Assembly: GCA_963808385.1 (NCBI GenBank)
Contig: CAWEFQ010000008.1
Span: 16,476-80,475, forward strand
Direction: 5' to 3'
Length of the DNA stretch: 64,000 nt
Origin: an uncultured Solirubrobacterales bacterium
Lineage (GTDB): Bacteria > Actinomycetota > Thermoleophilia > Solirubrobacterales > Solirubrobacteraceae
Below are positions 18,228 to 28,400 of this stretch, in pieces. Position numbers and translations under genes: made by a program. Within the stretch, counting starts at the first letter, position 1. The number at the start of each line of letters is the position of its first letter. Under the pieces are notes generated by a model that was not told the DNA's origin, searched no databases, and saw only the letters and a program-made list of their open reading frames with translations.

Positions 18228-20045
18228 TTGAGCACCGCGACGAGCCCACCCCCATTGCCCCCTCCCGGTGGCGCTCCGCCGAGCTGGATGCCGGCAGAGC
18301 CCCCGCGTCGCGCCTGGTGGATGGCCAGGCGCGTGCTGTGTGCGGCGGTCGGGATCGTGCTGCTGGCGGGCGGGGCGACCTATGTCGCAGCTCGTAACGA
18401 GGTCGGCAAAGTGGTCGAAGCGCTCGGCCAGAGCAGGCCGGTCAAGGTCGCCCAGACCGTGCTCGCTCCCACGAGCAAAGGCGAACCCGAGACACTGCTG
18501 CTCGTCGGCAACGACGAACGCCGGCCCCCGAAGGCCAACCCGGCCGCCGGCCCGGTGCTGCCGCACTCCAACGAGATGCTGCTCGTGCGGATCGACCCGA
18601 GCAAGCCGACGATCTCGATGCTGTCGATCCCGCGTGAGCTGCAGGTCACGTTCACCGCGCCCAACGGAGCAGTGATCACGAATCGCATCAACTCCGCCTA
18701 CACGTATGGCTTCGAGGATGGCGGCGGCACCTCCGGCGGCGTCAAGCTCATGGTGCAGACGATCAAGAGCGTGCTCGGCATTACGGTCATCAACCACGTG
18801 TTCGTCACTAACTTCAAAAAGTTCGAACGCGCGGTCGGCGAAATGGGCTGCGTCTACATGACCGTGGACAAGCGCTACTACCACGTCAACGAACCGGGCG
18901 GCGAACAGTACTTCGAAATCAACCTCCAGCCTGGCTATCAGCGCCTGTGCGGCAAGCAGGCGCTCGAATTCGTCGCCAACCGTCATGAAAGCACCTCGCT
19001 GATCCGCGACGCGCGCGACCAGCGGTTCCTGCTCGAAACCAAGGCGGAGTATGGATCGAAGCTGTTTGAAAACCGCGAAAAGTTCGAGCACATCCTCGGC
19101 AAGGCCATGGAAACCGACCTGCATGGCGAAGAAGGAGTGCTGCAGCTGCTCGAGCTGCTGGTCGAATCGGCCGGCAAGCCGGTGCGCCAGGTGCCCTTCC
19201 ACGTCACCCTGCTGCCCACCTACGACACCGCCACACCACAACAGCTCCAGGAAGCGGCGCAGTCCTTCCTGAACGGCACCGCCGCGATCTCCAAGCGGAA
19301 GCTGAACCAGGCCGTGCACGCCGCTCGTCCGCGCCGGCGCCCGCACGCGCACCGCGGTGGCGCTCCCGCGATCTCCCTGACGCCGACCTCAGGCGAAGCT
19401 CTCGCGCGGGCGCGCTCAGCCTCCCCGCAGCTGCCGTTCGCGCTCGAGTATCCCCGTGCGCGCGACGCCTACGCGGGCGCGGAACCGGACATGCTGCGCG
19501 TCTATGACGTTCACGACCAGCAGGGTCGCCTGCACCCGATCTATGCGATCGTCATCGACCGCGGTGGCCTGGGCGAATACTACGACGTGCAGGGAACCAC
19601 CTGGACCGATCCGCCGCTGCTGAACGAGCCGAGTCAGACGGTTCAGATCGGATCGCGCAGGTATGACCTGTATTACGCCGCAGAACAGATCAGGACGATC
19701 GCCTGGCACGAAGGCGGCGCCGCGTACTGGATCCAGAACACGCTCACCAACAGCGTCCAGCCGCGCGAGATGCTGGCGATGGCCGAGCAGACCCTGCCCG
19801 TCATCAGCCTCGCCCCCACCTCCGTGCGCGCGGCGAGCCCGAGCCCGTCCAGCGTCAAGCTTCCCCCGCGGGCGACCGCCGTCACAAGCTCGACCGCCAA
19901 GCTCGCCGCCGCCCTCGGGCTGCTGGGTCTCCTCGCGGTTGCCGGTCTCACGGTGTTCGTGATCTGGCGCCAGCGCGAGCTGATCCGTCTGCGCGAGCAG
20001 GTCGCGCAGACACTGGCATTGGAAGCGCAGCGTCGGCGGCGGTAG
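18228..20045 (+). CDS. LCP (LytR-CpsA-Psr) cell-wall protein with C-terminal extension and second TM
   Basis: N-terminal TM; LLVRID..SMLSIPREL, RINSAY, ALEFVANRH, RDARDQRFL; start uncertain. Confidence 0.85.
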   Translation: MSTATSPPPLPPPGGAPPSWMPAEPPRRAWWMARRVLCAAVGIVLLAGGATYVAARNEVGKVVEALGQSRPVKVAQTVLAPTSKGEPETLLLVGNDERRPPKANPAAGPVLPHSNEMLLVRIDPSKPTISMLSIPRELQVTFTAPNGAVITNRINSAYTYGFEDGGGTSGGVKLMVQTIKSVLGITVINHVFVTNFKKFERAVGEMGCVYMTVDKRYYHVNEPGGEQYFEINLQPGYQRLCGKQALEFVANRHESTSLIRDARDQRFLLETKAEYGSKLFENREKFEHILGKAMETDLHGEEGVLQLLELLVESAGKPVRQVPFHVTLLPTYDTATPQQLQEAAQSFLNGTAAISKRKLNQAVHAARPRRRPHAHRGGAPAISLTPTSGEALARARSASPQLPFALEYPRARDAYAGAEPDMLRVYDVHDQQGRLHPIYAIVIDRGGLGEYYDVQGTTWTDPPLLNEPSQTVQIGSRRYDLYYAAEQIRTIAWHEGGAAYWIQNTLTNSVQPREMLAMAEQTLPVISLAPTSVRAASPSPSSVKLPPRATAVTSSTAKLAAALGLLGLLAVAGLTVFVIWRQRELIRLREQVAQTLALEAQRRRR

Positions 20046-20082
20046 TCATTTCGCCGCGGGCGACTTTGTCTTCTGGAGGTCC

Positions 20083-20111
20083 TTGACAAATGTTTTGGCT
20101 TGCCATATTCT
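20083..20111 (+). promoter_or_regulatory. Promoter with an imperfect palindrome (candidate DtxR/MntR operator)
   Basis: TTGACA-N17-TATTCT; TTTTGGC-TT-GCCATAT at 20093-20108; in-frame GTG at 20118. Confidence 0.6.
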
Positions 20112-20117
20112 CAGTGT

Positions 20118-20849
20118 GTGGCTACCACAGAGATGTTGCGCTCACCGGCGGTCGAGGACTACTCGAAGGCGATCTTCGCGCTGGAGTCGCGCGGCGACGA
20201 GCCGGTGTCGACCAACGCCCTGGCTGAGCGACTGGGCATCACGCCGGGCTCCGTTTCGGCGATGCTCAAGAAGCTCGACGAGCTGGGCCTCACGACCCAT
20301 GTCCCCTACCGGGGCGTGCGCCTCACCGCCGATGGCCGGCGCGTGGCGCTGGAGGTGATCCGCCATCACCGGCTGATCGAGAGCTTTCTGGCCGATGCGC
20401 TGGGGATGCCCTGGGATCGGGTTCACGCCGAGGCGGAGGTGCTCGAGCACGTGCTCTCGGAGGATCTCGAGGAGCTGATCGCGGCCAAGCTCGGGCACCC
20501 CACGGTCGATCCCCACGGCGACCCGATCCCCACCGCGGACCTGGAGCTACAGGAGCGCTCGACGCACAGCCTGGAGAGTCTGCAGGTCGGTGAGCAGGGG
20601 GTGTTCGTGCGCGTCTCGGACTCCGACCCGGCGATGCTGCGCTATCTCGCCGGCCGCGGGATCTCGCCCGGAGACCGGTTCGCCGTCCGCGAGCGCCAGC
20701 CGTTCGGCGGCCCGCTGTTCGTGCGTTTCGGAGAGCGCGAGCACGCCATCGGCGGCGAGCTCGCCGGCGCCATGCGCGTCGAAGTCGAGCAGACGCCACA
20801 GATGCACCGATCCCGTATCCGGAGGGAGCCGGGCGATGGGGACCGCTGA
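20118..20849 (+). CDS. mntR: DtxR/MntR metal-dependent repressor with FeoA domain
   Basis: VEDYSKAIF, RHHRLIE, HAEAEVLEH, DPHGDPIP, VRVSDSDP.MLRYL. Confidence 0.92.
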   Translation: MATTEMLRSPAVEDYSKAIFALESRGDEPVSTNALAERLGITPGSVSAMLKKLDELGLTTHVPYRGVRLTADGRRVALEVIRHHRLIESFLADALGMPWDRVHAEAEVLEHVLSEDLEELIAAKLGHPTVDPHGDPIPTADLELQERSTHSLESLQVGEQGVFVRVSDSDPAMLRYLAGRGISPGDRFAVRERQPFGGPLFVRFGEREHAIGGELAGAMRVEVEQTPQMHRSRIRREPGDGDR

Positions 20850-22200
20850 AGCCGCTGCGTCCGCAGGTCTCGCCCTGCCGCCGCTGACTGAGGAGGACAC
20901 CGCTCGGTCTCTGGATCGCTCGCGCGTTCATCACGCTCGCAGGCACAGCCGGCGCTGGTATCTGCTGTGGCTGCTCGTGGGCCCCGGGATCCTCGCCATG
21001 CTCGGGGAGAACGACGGGCCGAGCATGATCGCCTATGCCGCCGACGGCGCGCAGTACGGGCTCGGGTTCTTCGTGCCGTTCATCCCGGTCCTGTTCGCGA
21101 TGGCGTTCATCTGCCAGGAGATGTGCATGCGCGTCGGCGCCGTCACCCACCGCGGCTATGGCGAGCTGGTCCTGCAGCGCTACGGCCGCGTGTGGGGCTG
21201 GTTCGGCGCCGGCGATCTCACCCTCACCAACCTGGTGACCCTCGTGGCCGAGTTCGTCTCGATCCGCGTCGGGCTGGCCTACTTCCACCTCGGCTCCGCG
21301 GTGGCCGTCGTGCTCGGGCTGGCGCTGGTCGCCTTCACCCTCAGCGGTGGGCGCTACTGGCGCTGGGAGCGCATCGTGCTCGGCCTGGCCCTGTTCAACG
21401 GGCTGTTTCTCCTGGCGGCGATCCTTGTCAAACCCCACGTGGGAGCGATCGCCGGCGCGTTTGACTTCAGCCCGTTTCCCGGCGGGGGCTTCAACACGCT
21501 GCTCCTGCTGCTGGCCTCCACGATCGGCGCCACGGTGACGCCCTGGATGATCTTCTTCCAGCAGAGCGCGTCCGCCGACAAGGGCATGACTCCCCGCGAC
21601 GTTCGGCACGGCCGCTACGACACCGGGGCCGGCGCGGTTCTGGCCGCGATCTTCGGGGTCGGCGCGCTGATCGCCGGCGCGGCGCTGCTCAGCCACAACG
21701 GATCGGGCATCCAGGGGTTCGCGGGCGCTGGGTTCCCCGAAGCGCTCAAGCACGTCGCGGGCAGCGCCGTCGGGACGGTGTTCGCGCTGGGACTGATCGA
21801 GGCCGGCGCGGTGGCCATCCTCACGATCTCCGCCAGCACCGCCTACGCCGCCGGAGAATGCGTCGGGGTCTCCCACAGTTTCAACAGCTCCCCCCGTAAC
21901 GCCGGCGTGTTCTATGCCGCCAACGCCGGCATCGCGCTGCTCGCCGCGGTCGTCATCCTCATCCCGGGCGCGCCGCTGCTGTCGATCGCGCTGAACGCCA
22001 ACGTGCTCGCCACGGTGCTCCTGCCCGTCAGCCTGGTCTTCATGGTCATGCTCGCCAACGACAGGGGGCTGATGGGCGCGTGGGCGAACAAGCGCTCGAC
22101 CAACGCGATCGGAATCACGGTGATCGCGTTCGTCGGACTCTGCGGATCGGCATACGGCATCGACTCCTTTCTCTTGGCGACCCATCTCATCGGCTCATGA
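20836..22200 (+). CDS. Nramp-related divalent metal transporter (NRMT-like clade)
   Basis: GPGILAMLGENDGPS, QEM..RVGAVT, IGATVTPWMIFFQQS; about 11 TM helices. Confidence 0.88.
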   Translation: MGTAEAAASAGLALPPLTEEDTARSLDRSRVHHARRHSRRWYLLWLLVGPGILAMLGENDGPSMIAYAADGAQYGLGFFVPFIPVLFAMAFICQEMCMRVGAVTHRGYGELVLQRYGRVWGWFGAGDLTLTNLVTLVAEFVSIRVGLAYFHLGSAVAVVLGLALVAFTLSGGRYWRWERIVLGLALFNGLFLLAAILVKPHVGAIAGAFDFSPFPGGGFNTLLLLLASTIGATVTPWMIFFQQSASADKGMTPRDVRHGRYDTGAGAVLAAIFGVGALIAGAALLSHNGSGIQGFAGAGFPEALKHVAGSAVGTVFALGLIEAGAVAILTISASTAYAAGECVGVSHSFNSSPRNAGVFYAANAGIALLAAVVILIPGAPLLSIALNANVLATVLLPVSLVFMVMLANDRGLMGAWANKRSTNAIGITVIAFVGLCGSAYGIDSFLLATHLIGS

Positions 22201-22454
22201 ACGCAGCAGCGCCCACCATCGACGACGCACATCGCGGCTCCGGCATCCGCGAGCAGGACCTGCAGCCCCAGGAGCGCTTCGAGGACGAGCTGATCATGCA
22301 CCTGGAGCGCGACCAGTTCGTCGTCGAAACCTCCCGGCCCGTGCCACGAGCCGCGCTCAGCGCACGCGCCAGCGTCGGACTGTGGGCATTGCGCGTGTTC
22401 GTGGTCCTCGTCAGCCTGATGGTGATCTACACCTTCGTCGAGCAGTTGGGCTAG
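22197..22454 (+). CDS. Small membrane protein translationally coupled to the Nramp gene
   Basis: ATGA overlap; C-terminal TM GLWALRVFVVLVSLMVIYTF. Confidence 0.7.
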   Translation: MNAAAPTIDDAHRGSGIREQDLQPQERFEDELIMHLERDQFVVETSRPVPRAALSARASVGLWALRVFVVLVSLMVIYTFVEQLG

Positions 22455-23989
22455 AGCACCCCGGTCAGGATCAGCGCCCCGATGACGACGAGGACCAGTG
22501 CGGTCAGCGCATTGCCCCGCTGCTCGAGCCACTGGCCGCGCATCTGATACCCACCGAAGCACGCCAGCAGCGTGAGACCGACGATCGTGCCGATCGTCAC
22601 CGCGGCGAACACGACCAGCGTGCCGATCGCGGTGCTCACCCCGGCGGTGGTGGCGGCGAGGAACACGGGAAGGATCGTCAGATCTGGCGACGCGGCGGCA
22701 CCGAACGGAACCATGATCGCCGCCAGTCCACGCACCCGGCTCTCACCGGCCGCGACACGCTGGTCGGCCTCGGCCGCGGACAGCAGGTGCGAGTGCTCGT
22801 GCCCGTGCTCGTGATGACGCCCGTGTTCGTGCCCGTCATGACGCTCATGCTCATGCTCATGCTCATGCTGGTGGCCGTGATCGTGATCGTGCTCGTGATG
22901 GTGTCCGTGCCCGGTCAGCTCGAGGATCGCGAACCCCAGACCGGTGAGGATCAGCACGCAGCCGATGATCGTGTCCTGCGCGTGCGCCACCGTCGAGCGG
23001 AACTGGAGACCAACGACGATGATCGCGGCGCCAAGCACTATCGACACGAGCACGTGCGCTACGCCGGCCATGCCCGAGAGCCGCGCGACGCGGGCGACGG
23101 GGTAGCGGCGTGTACGACCGACCACCGCCAGCGGAACCCAATGGTCGGGCAGGATTGCGTGACCGAAGCCGACACCGGCGGCGGCTGCCAGCAAAGCCGG
23201 GGTCGTGGAGCTCGATATGCTCGAGACGTCAAGGCCCGTGCCGCGCAGCAGCATGTTGGCCTGGGAGTTGAGCGTCGTGAACTCTCCCGTCAGGATCAGC
23301 AGGCCCAGTGCGATCATGACCGCGCCACCGACGCCGATCACGATCGGGAAATGGCGCTTGACGACGGCCAGCGCGTTCGTCGCGCGCTCGAACGCGAGCG
23401 CGATAGCCAGGAACGGGATCGCCAGGCCCGCCGAGTAGAACGCCAGCAGCAGCGCCGCGTGCGCGGCGGAGCTCGAGACAGCGGCCTGCGTGAGAATCGC
23501 CCCGAGGGTGATGCTCGTGCACGGCGTCCACGCGATCGCGAACGCTGCCCCCGCGATCAGCGGGCCGCCGCGACCGGCCAGGCGCATCAGCGAGTCGGAG
23601 TGCCACTGGGCATTGAGGCGGTCGACGAACGGTGTCGCCAGGAACACAACCCCCATCAGCACGATCACGACCCCGCCGACCTGTTCGAGCGTCTGTTTGT
23701 GATCGTTCAACGTCGAGCCGATCACCGTCGCGCCGAGCCCCAGCAGGATGAATATCGAGGAGAAGCTCGCGATGAACAGCAGGCTCGGCACGAGCACCCG
23801 TCTTGCCCCCGCGTTCTGCATGTCCGCGGGCGCCACCCCCACGACGGTCGACAGGTACCCGGGCACGAGCGGCAGCACGCACGGCGACATGAACGACACG
23901 AGCCCTGCCGCGAGCGCGATCGGGATGCCGACGCCGCTGGCGGTGTCGGTGGAAGACGCGGCGGCGATGAGCGGGTGCAGGGCGCTCAT
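22451..23989 (-). CDS. ccdA: CcdA/DsbD protein in frame with a His-rich Ni/Co-transporter-like domain
   Basis: AGLVSFMSPCVLPLVPGYL, AWTPC, AGLAIPF; then GHAILPDHW and a poly-His/Glu loop. Confidence 0.8.
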   Translation of the reverse strand: MSALHPLIAAASSTDTASGVGIPIALAAGLVSFMSPCVLPLVPGYLSTVVGVAPADMQNAGARRVLVPSLLFIASFSSIFILLGLGATVIGSTLNDHKQTLEQVGGVVIVLMGVVFLATPFVDRLNAQWHSDSLMRLAGRGGPLIAGAAFAIAWTPCTSITLGAILTQAAVSSSAAHAALLLAFYSAGLAIPFLAIALAFERATNALAVVKRHFPIVIGVGGAVMIALGLLILTGEFTTLNSQANMLLRGTGLDVSSISSSTTPALLAAAAGVGFGHAILPDHWVPLAVVGRTRRYPVARVARLSGMAGVAHVLVSIVLGAAIIVVGLQFRSTVAHAQDTIIGCVLILTGLGFAILELTGHGHHHEHDHDHGHQHEHEHEHERHDGHEHGRHHEHGHEHSHLLSAAEADQRVAAGESRVRGLAAIMVPFGAAASPDLTILPVFLAATTAGVSTAIGTLVVFAAVTIGTIVGLTLLACFGGYQMRGQWLEQRGNALTALVLVVIGALILTGVL

Positions 23990-24711
23990 GACCGAAACGT
24001 CGCGACGGGGTCGGGGACTGACTCGGGTTCGGGCTCGGCGGGCTCCCCCAGGGCCGCGCGCAGCGCGGCGACCTCGCGCTCCAGTCGAGCGACGCGCTCC
24101 TCAAGGCCGATCGGTGGCGCCGCCGGGGACTCTGGTGCGTCGGGGCGCGCAAGATCTGCGGTCGAGATCGTGGACGGGGACGCGTACGGCGCCGATACGG
24201 GCGATGCGATCGGGCCGGCCTCATCGACGTCGGCGCTCAGCAGGTGCTCATAGCGCTCCTCCTTCTGCCCCGGTCGGCGGTCCAGGCGCATGACCAGCTC
24301 GCGTGCGATCAGGCGCTCAAGCGTGTCGTGCACGGCATTGAGGTCGGCGAACGCGTGCATGCGATCCGTGCGCTGCTTGAGCTCGCCCGGCGTCTGCGCG
24401 CCGCGCAGCAGCAGTACGCACAGCACCGCGTGCTCATCCCCGGTCAGAGGCAGCGCCTCGGCCAACAGGTGACGGTACTTCGGCGCGCGGCTCGAACGGC
24501 CGCTTGCCAGGCGCGCGTACCCGCGGCGCTCCAGGCGATGCAACGCGTCGCGCAGGACCTCATCGTCGTAGTTCACGACCGGGTCTCGGTTGGTCGACTG
24601 GTTGCACGCCAGGCGCAGGCTGTTGAACGTGAGCGGATAGATGTCTGGCGTCGTTATCTGCTTTTCGAGCAGGCATCCCAGTACGCGCGTCTCTGTGGTA
24701 GACAGGTTCAT
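23986..24711 (-). CDS. yceH: YceH/DUF480 family protein
   Basis: ETRVLGCLLEKQ.TTPD.YPL..NSL..ACNQSTNRDPV, LLLRGAQTPGEL. Confidence 0.92.
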   Translation of the reverse strand: MNLSTTETRVLGCLLEKQITTPDIYPLTFNSLRLACNQSTNRDPVVNYDDEVLRDALHRLERRGYARLASGRSSRAPKYRHLLAEALPLTGDEHAVLCVLLLRGAQTPGELKQRTDRMHAFADLNAVHDTLERLIARELVMRLDRRPGQKEERYEHLLSADVDEAGPIASPVSAPYASPSTISTADLARPDAPESPAAPPIGLEERVARLEREVAALRAALGEPAEPEPESVPDPVATFRS

Positions 24712-24796
24712 ACGCCGTTAACCCTACGACCCCATGCACCCGGTTTCAAAGCCGAGTCGCGCCGCCCGCGCTTCGGCACACTCTAAAGTCAGCCCC

Positions 24797-26665
24797 GTGA
24801 GCAGTCAGCCATTCGCTCAGGGACATGGCGGAGGCGGAGGCCGCCGCCGCTCGAGCCAGCCGGAGCTTCGCCCCGAGGACATCCCCGACCGGCCGGTCTC
24901 CCTGCGGCGGATCGGACGGCTGTTCAACCCCTACCGAGTGCGCCTGGGCCTGCTGCTCGGGCTGATCGTCTTCGGCTCGATCCTCAGCGTCGCCTCGCCG
25001 TTCCTGCTGCGCGAAGCGGTGGACAAGGGCATCGTCGGTCACGATCTGACCCTGCTCACGTGGCTGGTCGCGGGCATGATCGCGCTGGCGATCATCAACG
25101 GCGTGATCGGCGTCGCGCAGACGTTGATCTCCAACCAGGTCGGCCAGCGCGTGATGCACGACCTGCGCGCGGCGGTGTATGCGCACCTGCAGCGCATGTC
25201 ACTGGCCTTCTTCACGCGCACGCGTTCGGGAGAGGTGCAGGCGCGGATCGCGTATGACATCGGCGGCATCGACGACGTCGTCACGAGCACCGCCACCTCG
25301 ACGGTGTCCACCGTCGCCACGGTCACAGCGACGATCGTGGCAATGTTCGCGCTCAGCTGGCAGCTGACCGTCTTCTCGCTGGTCCTGCTCCCCTTCTTCG
25401 TCTGGCTCACGCGTCGCGTGGGCAACGAGCGGCGTCGCATCCAGTCGGTGCGCCAGGGCCGGCTGGCGGACATGTCCACGCTCGTGGAGGAGTCCCTGTC
25501 CGTGTCGGGCATCCTGCTCGGCAAAACGATGGGGCGCTCGTCCGAGCTCGTTGACCGCTTCTCCTCGGAGTCCTCCGAACTGGCCGACCTGGAGGTGCGC
25601 GCGCGGATGGCGGGACGCTGGCGGATGGCCTCGGTGCAGATGAGCTTCGCGATCATGCCCGCCGCCGTCTACTGGTTCTCGGGCTACTCCATCGTCCACG
25701 GCCAGAACGTGATCTCGATCGGCACCGTCGTCGCGTTCACGACGCTGCAGACGCGGCTCCTGTTCCCGATGCAGCAGCTCCTGTCGGTCGGCCTGGAAGT
25801 TCAGACCTCGCTGGCGCTGTTCGGGCGCATCTTCGAGTACCTCGACCTGCCCGTGGACATCGAGGAGCACCCGGACGCGCGTACTTTGAGCGGGGTGCGC
25901 GGCGACGTGCGTCTGGAGGACGTGTCGTTTCGCTACGACCCCGGCTCGCCCTGGACACTGGCGGACATCGCGGCGGAGATCCCGGCGGGGACGCGCACCG
26001 CGCTCGTCGGAGAGACCGGCTCGGGCAAGACCACGCTCGCGTACCTGGTGGCGCGGCTGTACGAGCCCGAGCGCGGACGCGTGAGCATCGACGGCGTGGA
26101 CATCCGCGACCTGACCCAGGAGTCGCTGGCCGCCACGGTCGGACTGGTCTCCCAGGAAACGTATCTCTTTCACGCCTCGATCCGGGAGAACCTGCGCTTC
26201 GCCTGTCCGGACGCCAGCGATGAGCAGATCGAAGACGCCGCCCGTGCGGCCCAGATTCACGATCTGATCGCCTCGCTGCCCGAGGGCTATGACACCCCCG
26301 TGGGCGAGCGCGGCTACCGCTTCTCCGGCGGCGAGCAGCAGCGCATGGCGATCGCCCGCACCGTCCTGCGCAACCCGCCCGTGCTGATCCTCGACGAGGC
26401 GACCTCCGCGCTTGACACCGAGACCGAGCGCGCGGTCCAGGCGGCTCTCGACGACCTCTCGCGGGGTCGGACGACGATCGCTATCGCGCACAGGCTCTCT
26501 ACGATCCGCGACGCCGACCAGATCTTGGTGCTCGACTCCGGGCGGATCGTGGAGCGCGGCACGCACGAGGAACTGCTTGACCGGGGCGGGCGCTATGCGG
26601 CGCTGTTGAGCGGGGCCGAGGTCGGCGAGGACAGGATCGCGGGCCCGGGGGTGGCGCTGGCCTGA
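24797..26665 (+). CDS. ABC exporter, fused permease and ATPase
   Basis: TM domain; GETGSGKT, FSGGEQQR, ILDEATSALD, IAHRLSTI. Confidence 0.93.
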   Translation: MSSQPFAQGHGGGGGRRRSSQPELRPEDIPDRPVSLRRIGRLFNPYRVRLGLLLGLIVFGSILSVASPFLLREAVDKGIVGHDLTLLTWLVAGMIALAIINGVIGVAQTLISNQVGQRVMHDLRAAVYAHLQRMSLAFFTRTRSGEVQARIAYDIGGIDDVVTSTATSTVSTVATVTATIVAMFALSWQLTVFSLVLLPFFVWLTRRVGNERRRIQSVRQGRLADMSTLVEESLSVSGILLGKTMGRSSELVDRFSSESSELADLEVRARMAGRWRMASVQMSFAIMPAAVYWFSGYSIVHGQNVISIGTVVAFTTLQTRLLFPMQQLLSVGLEVQTSLALFGRIFEYLDLPVDIEEHPDARTLSGVRGDVRLEDVSFRYDPGSPWTLADIAAEIPAGTRTALVGETGSGKTTLAYLVARLYEPERGRVSIDGVDIRDLTQESLAATVGLVSQETYLFHASIRENLRFACPDASDEQIEDAARAAQIHDLIASLPEGYDTPVGERGYRFSGGEQQRMAIARTVLRNPPVLILDEATSALDTETERAVQAALDDLSRGRTTIAIAHRLSTIRDADQILVLDSGRIVERGTHEELLDRGGRYAALLSGAEVGEDRIAGPGVALA

Positions 26666-26721
26666 TTCTCGTTCCGGGGCGGGCTCGCCCCGTCGCGCCG
26701 ATGCGATCACGCTCCGGGGGG

Positions 26722-27474
26722 TCAGGCGATCGCGTCGATGTTCAGGCGGACGTAGTCAACGATCACCGGTTCGCCCAGCTCGGCCATCACCTCATCCATG
26801 AACGGTTCGCGCAGAGACTCGGGCAAGTGCTGGACGTGAGGGCCGAGCACGATCGTGGCCAGAAACTCGCGCGGGTGCTCCGGCTCGGTGGGCGCCTCCG
26901 TGAGCCAGCACTCGGCGGTGGCAAATCCCGCCGCTCGCAGCCGCGCCTCGGTGTCGGCGGCGCTGGCGTAGTTCCACGGCGCACGCCAGCTGCGGAAGTG
27001 CCCGGCATATGGCTCGCGCTCGATCACCGCGGCGGCCCTGCTGCGCAGCTGGGTGATGTTGCCCTCTCCCCCGCACTGGGCGCTCAGCTGCCCGCCGGGT
27101 CGCAGTGCGCCGCGCAGGCGGCGGAACAGCAGCTCGTGATCGGCGATCCAGTGCAGCGTGGCGGTCGACAGAATCGCGTCGACGGGCTCGTCGAGCTCCA
27201 GCTCCAGCAGGTCGGCTCGGCGGATGTCCGCGCCGGGCCCGAGCCGCTCGCGCGCCGCGGCGACCATCGACTCGGACATGTCGATGGCGATGACCCTGCC
27301 GCGCGGCAGCCGCTCGATCAGCGCTTCGGTGATCCTGCCAGAGCCGCAGCCCGCGTCGAGCACCGTCTCATTGCCGGCGAGGTTCAGGCGATCGAGGACG
27401 GCTTGGCCCATGGCCTGCATCGGCCCGGAGATCCGGTCGTATGTCTGCCCGTCCCACTTGCGTACATCTGGCAT
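26722..27474 (-). CDS. Class I SAM methyltransferase (trans-aconitate methyltransferase-like)
   Basis: VLDAGCGSG, DAILSTATLHWI, DYVRLNI. Confidence 0.88.
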   Translation of the reverse strand: MPDVRKWDGQTYDRISGPMQAMGQAVLDRLNLAGNETVLDAGCGSGRITEALIERLPRGRVIAIDMSESMVAAARERLGPGADIRRADLLELELDEPVDAILSTATLHWIADHELLFRRLRGALRPGGQLSAQCGGEGNITQLRSRAAAVIEREPYAGHFRSWRAPWNYASAADTEARLRAAGFATAECWLTEAPTEPEHPREFLATIVLGPHVQHLPESLREPFMDEVMAELGEPVIVDYVRLNIDAIA

Positions 27475-27527
27475 ACGTGTGTACGTTATCACGGACGATC
27501 GCAAGAGCCCAGGCGTCAGTCGCCTTC

Positions 27528-28400
27528 TTAAGCGCGGGTGGCGAGCTCCAGCAGCGCTTTCGAGAGCTGTCCCCCCTGCCAGGCGAGCGGCGACTGGCCG
27601 GGGTTCTCCACGATCAGCCTCGCCCCTGGGATCGCCTGCGTGTAGCGTTCGCCCACTGCAAGCGGGTGGCCCGGGTCGGCTTCGTCGCGGCTTGCGATCA
27701 CGAGCGTAGGCGCCTCGATGCCGCTCAGCTCCTCAATGTGCTCGAATGGGCGTGAGCGCGGCACGACCTCCAGCGCGTCTGCCACTGCGTCGGGATGGTC
27801 GTGGGCCGACAGCCGCTGGCGGACCACGGTTTCGACGGTCGCTCGCCAGGCGCCGGGCACGGTCGAGAAGTCATAGGCCGCGAGGAACCCCTCCACCCCG
27901 CCCTCGCGCAGTCCCCGTGCGAGCGCGTCCCAACCGGCGAACGCATCCGGGCCGGTCGTGTCCGCGGTCGGGTCATACGCGGGCGTGATCAGCCCCATCG
28001 CCGTGACGCGCTCGGGATGATCTAGGGCGAATCGGGCGATCGTGTGCGCGCCCATCGAGGCGCCGGCGAGCACGGCCCGCTCGATGCCGAGCGCGTCGAG
28101 CACCGCCAGCAGGTCTCCTGTCAGGCGCTCGTACCCGTACGCCCCGTGGTCGGGCGCCGGGGCGGAGCGACCGTGTCCGCGCGCGTCATAGGAGATCGTG
28201 CGCAGGCCGGCGCGCTGGAGCACGCGCGAGCCCATCACGACATACCGGCGCATCGCGGTCAAGCCGTGCAGCAGAACGATCGCCGGCGGCGACGAGGATG
28301 ATGACGACGACGATGACCCCTCCCCCACCTGCTCGCCGGCCAGCCCGACCCCGTCGTCGGTGAGCACCTTCAGCTCGACAGCGCCGGAACGGTCAGGCAT
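27528..28400 (-). CDS. Alpha/beta hydrolase
   Basis: VLLHG, YDARGHGRS, GASMG nucleophile elbow. Confidence 0.9.
   Translation of the reverse strand: MPDRSGAVELKVLTDDGVGLAGEQVGEGSSSSSSSSSPPAIVLLHGLTAMRRYVVMGSRVLQRAGLRTISYDARGHGRSAPAPDHGAYGYERLTGDLLAVLDALGIERAVLAGASMGAHTIARFALDHPERVTAMGLITPAYDPTADTTGPDAFAGWDALARGLREGGVEGFLAAYDFSTVPGAWRATVETVVRQRLSAHDHPDAVADALEVVPRSRPFEHIEELSGIEAPTLVIASRDEADPGHPLAVGERYTQAIPGARLIVENPGQSPLAWQGGQLSKALLELATRA

Noticed and set aside
16453-18255. Long antisense ORFs (also 20323-22185, 35319-37766, 61203-63428)
   Set aside because: Shadow frames of well-supported genes in high-GC DNA; no recognisable motifs
28296-28320. Poly-Ser tract in the alpha/beta hydrolase
   Set aside because: Short in-frame low-complexity loop with no sign of phase variation
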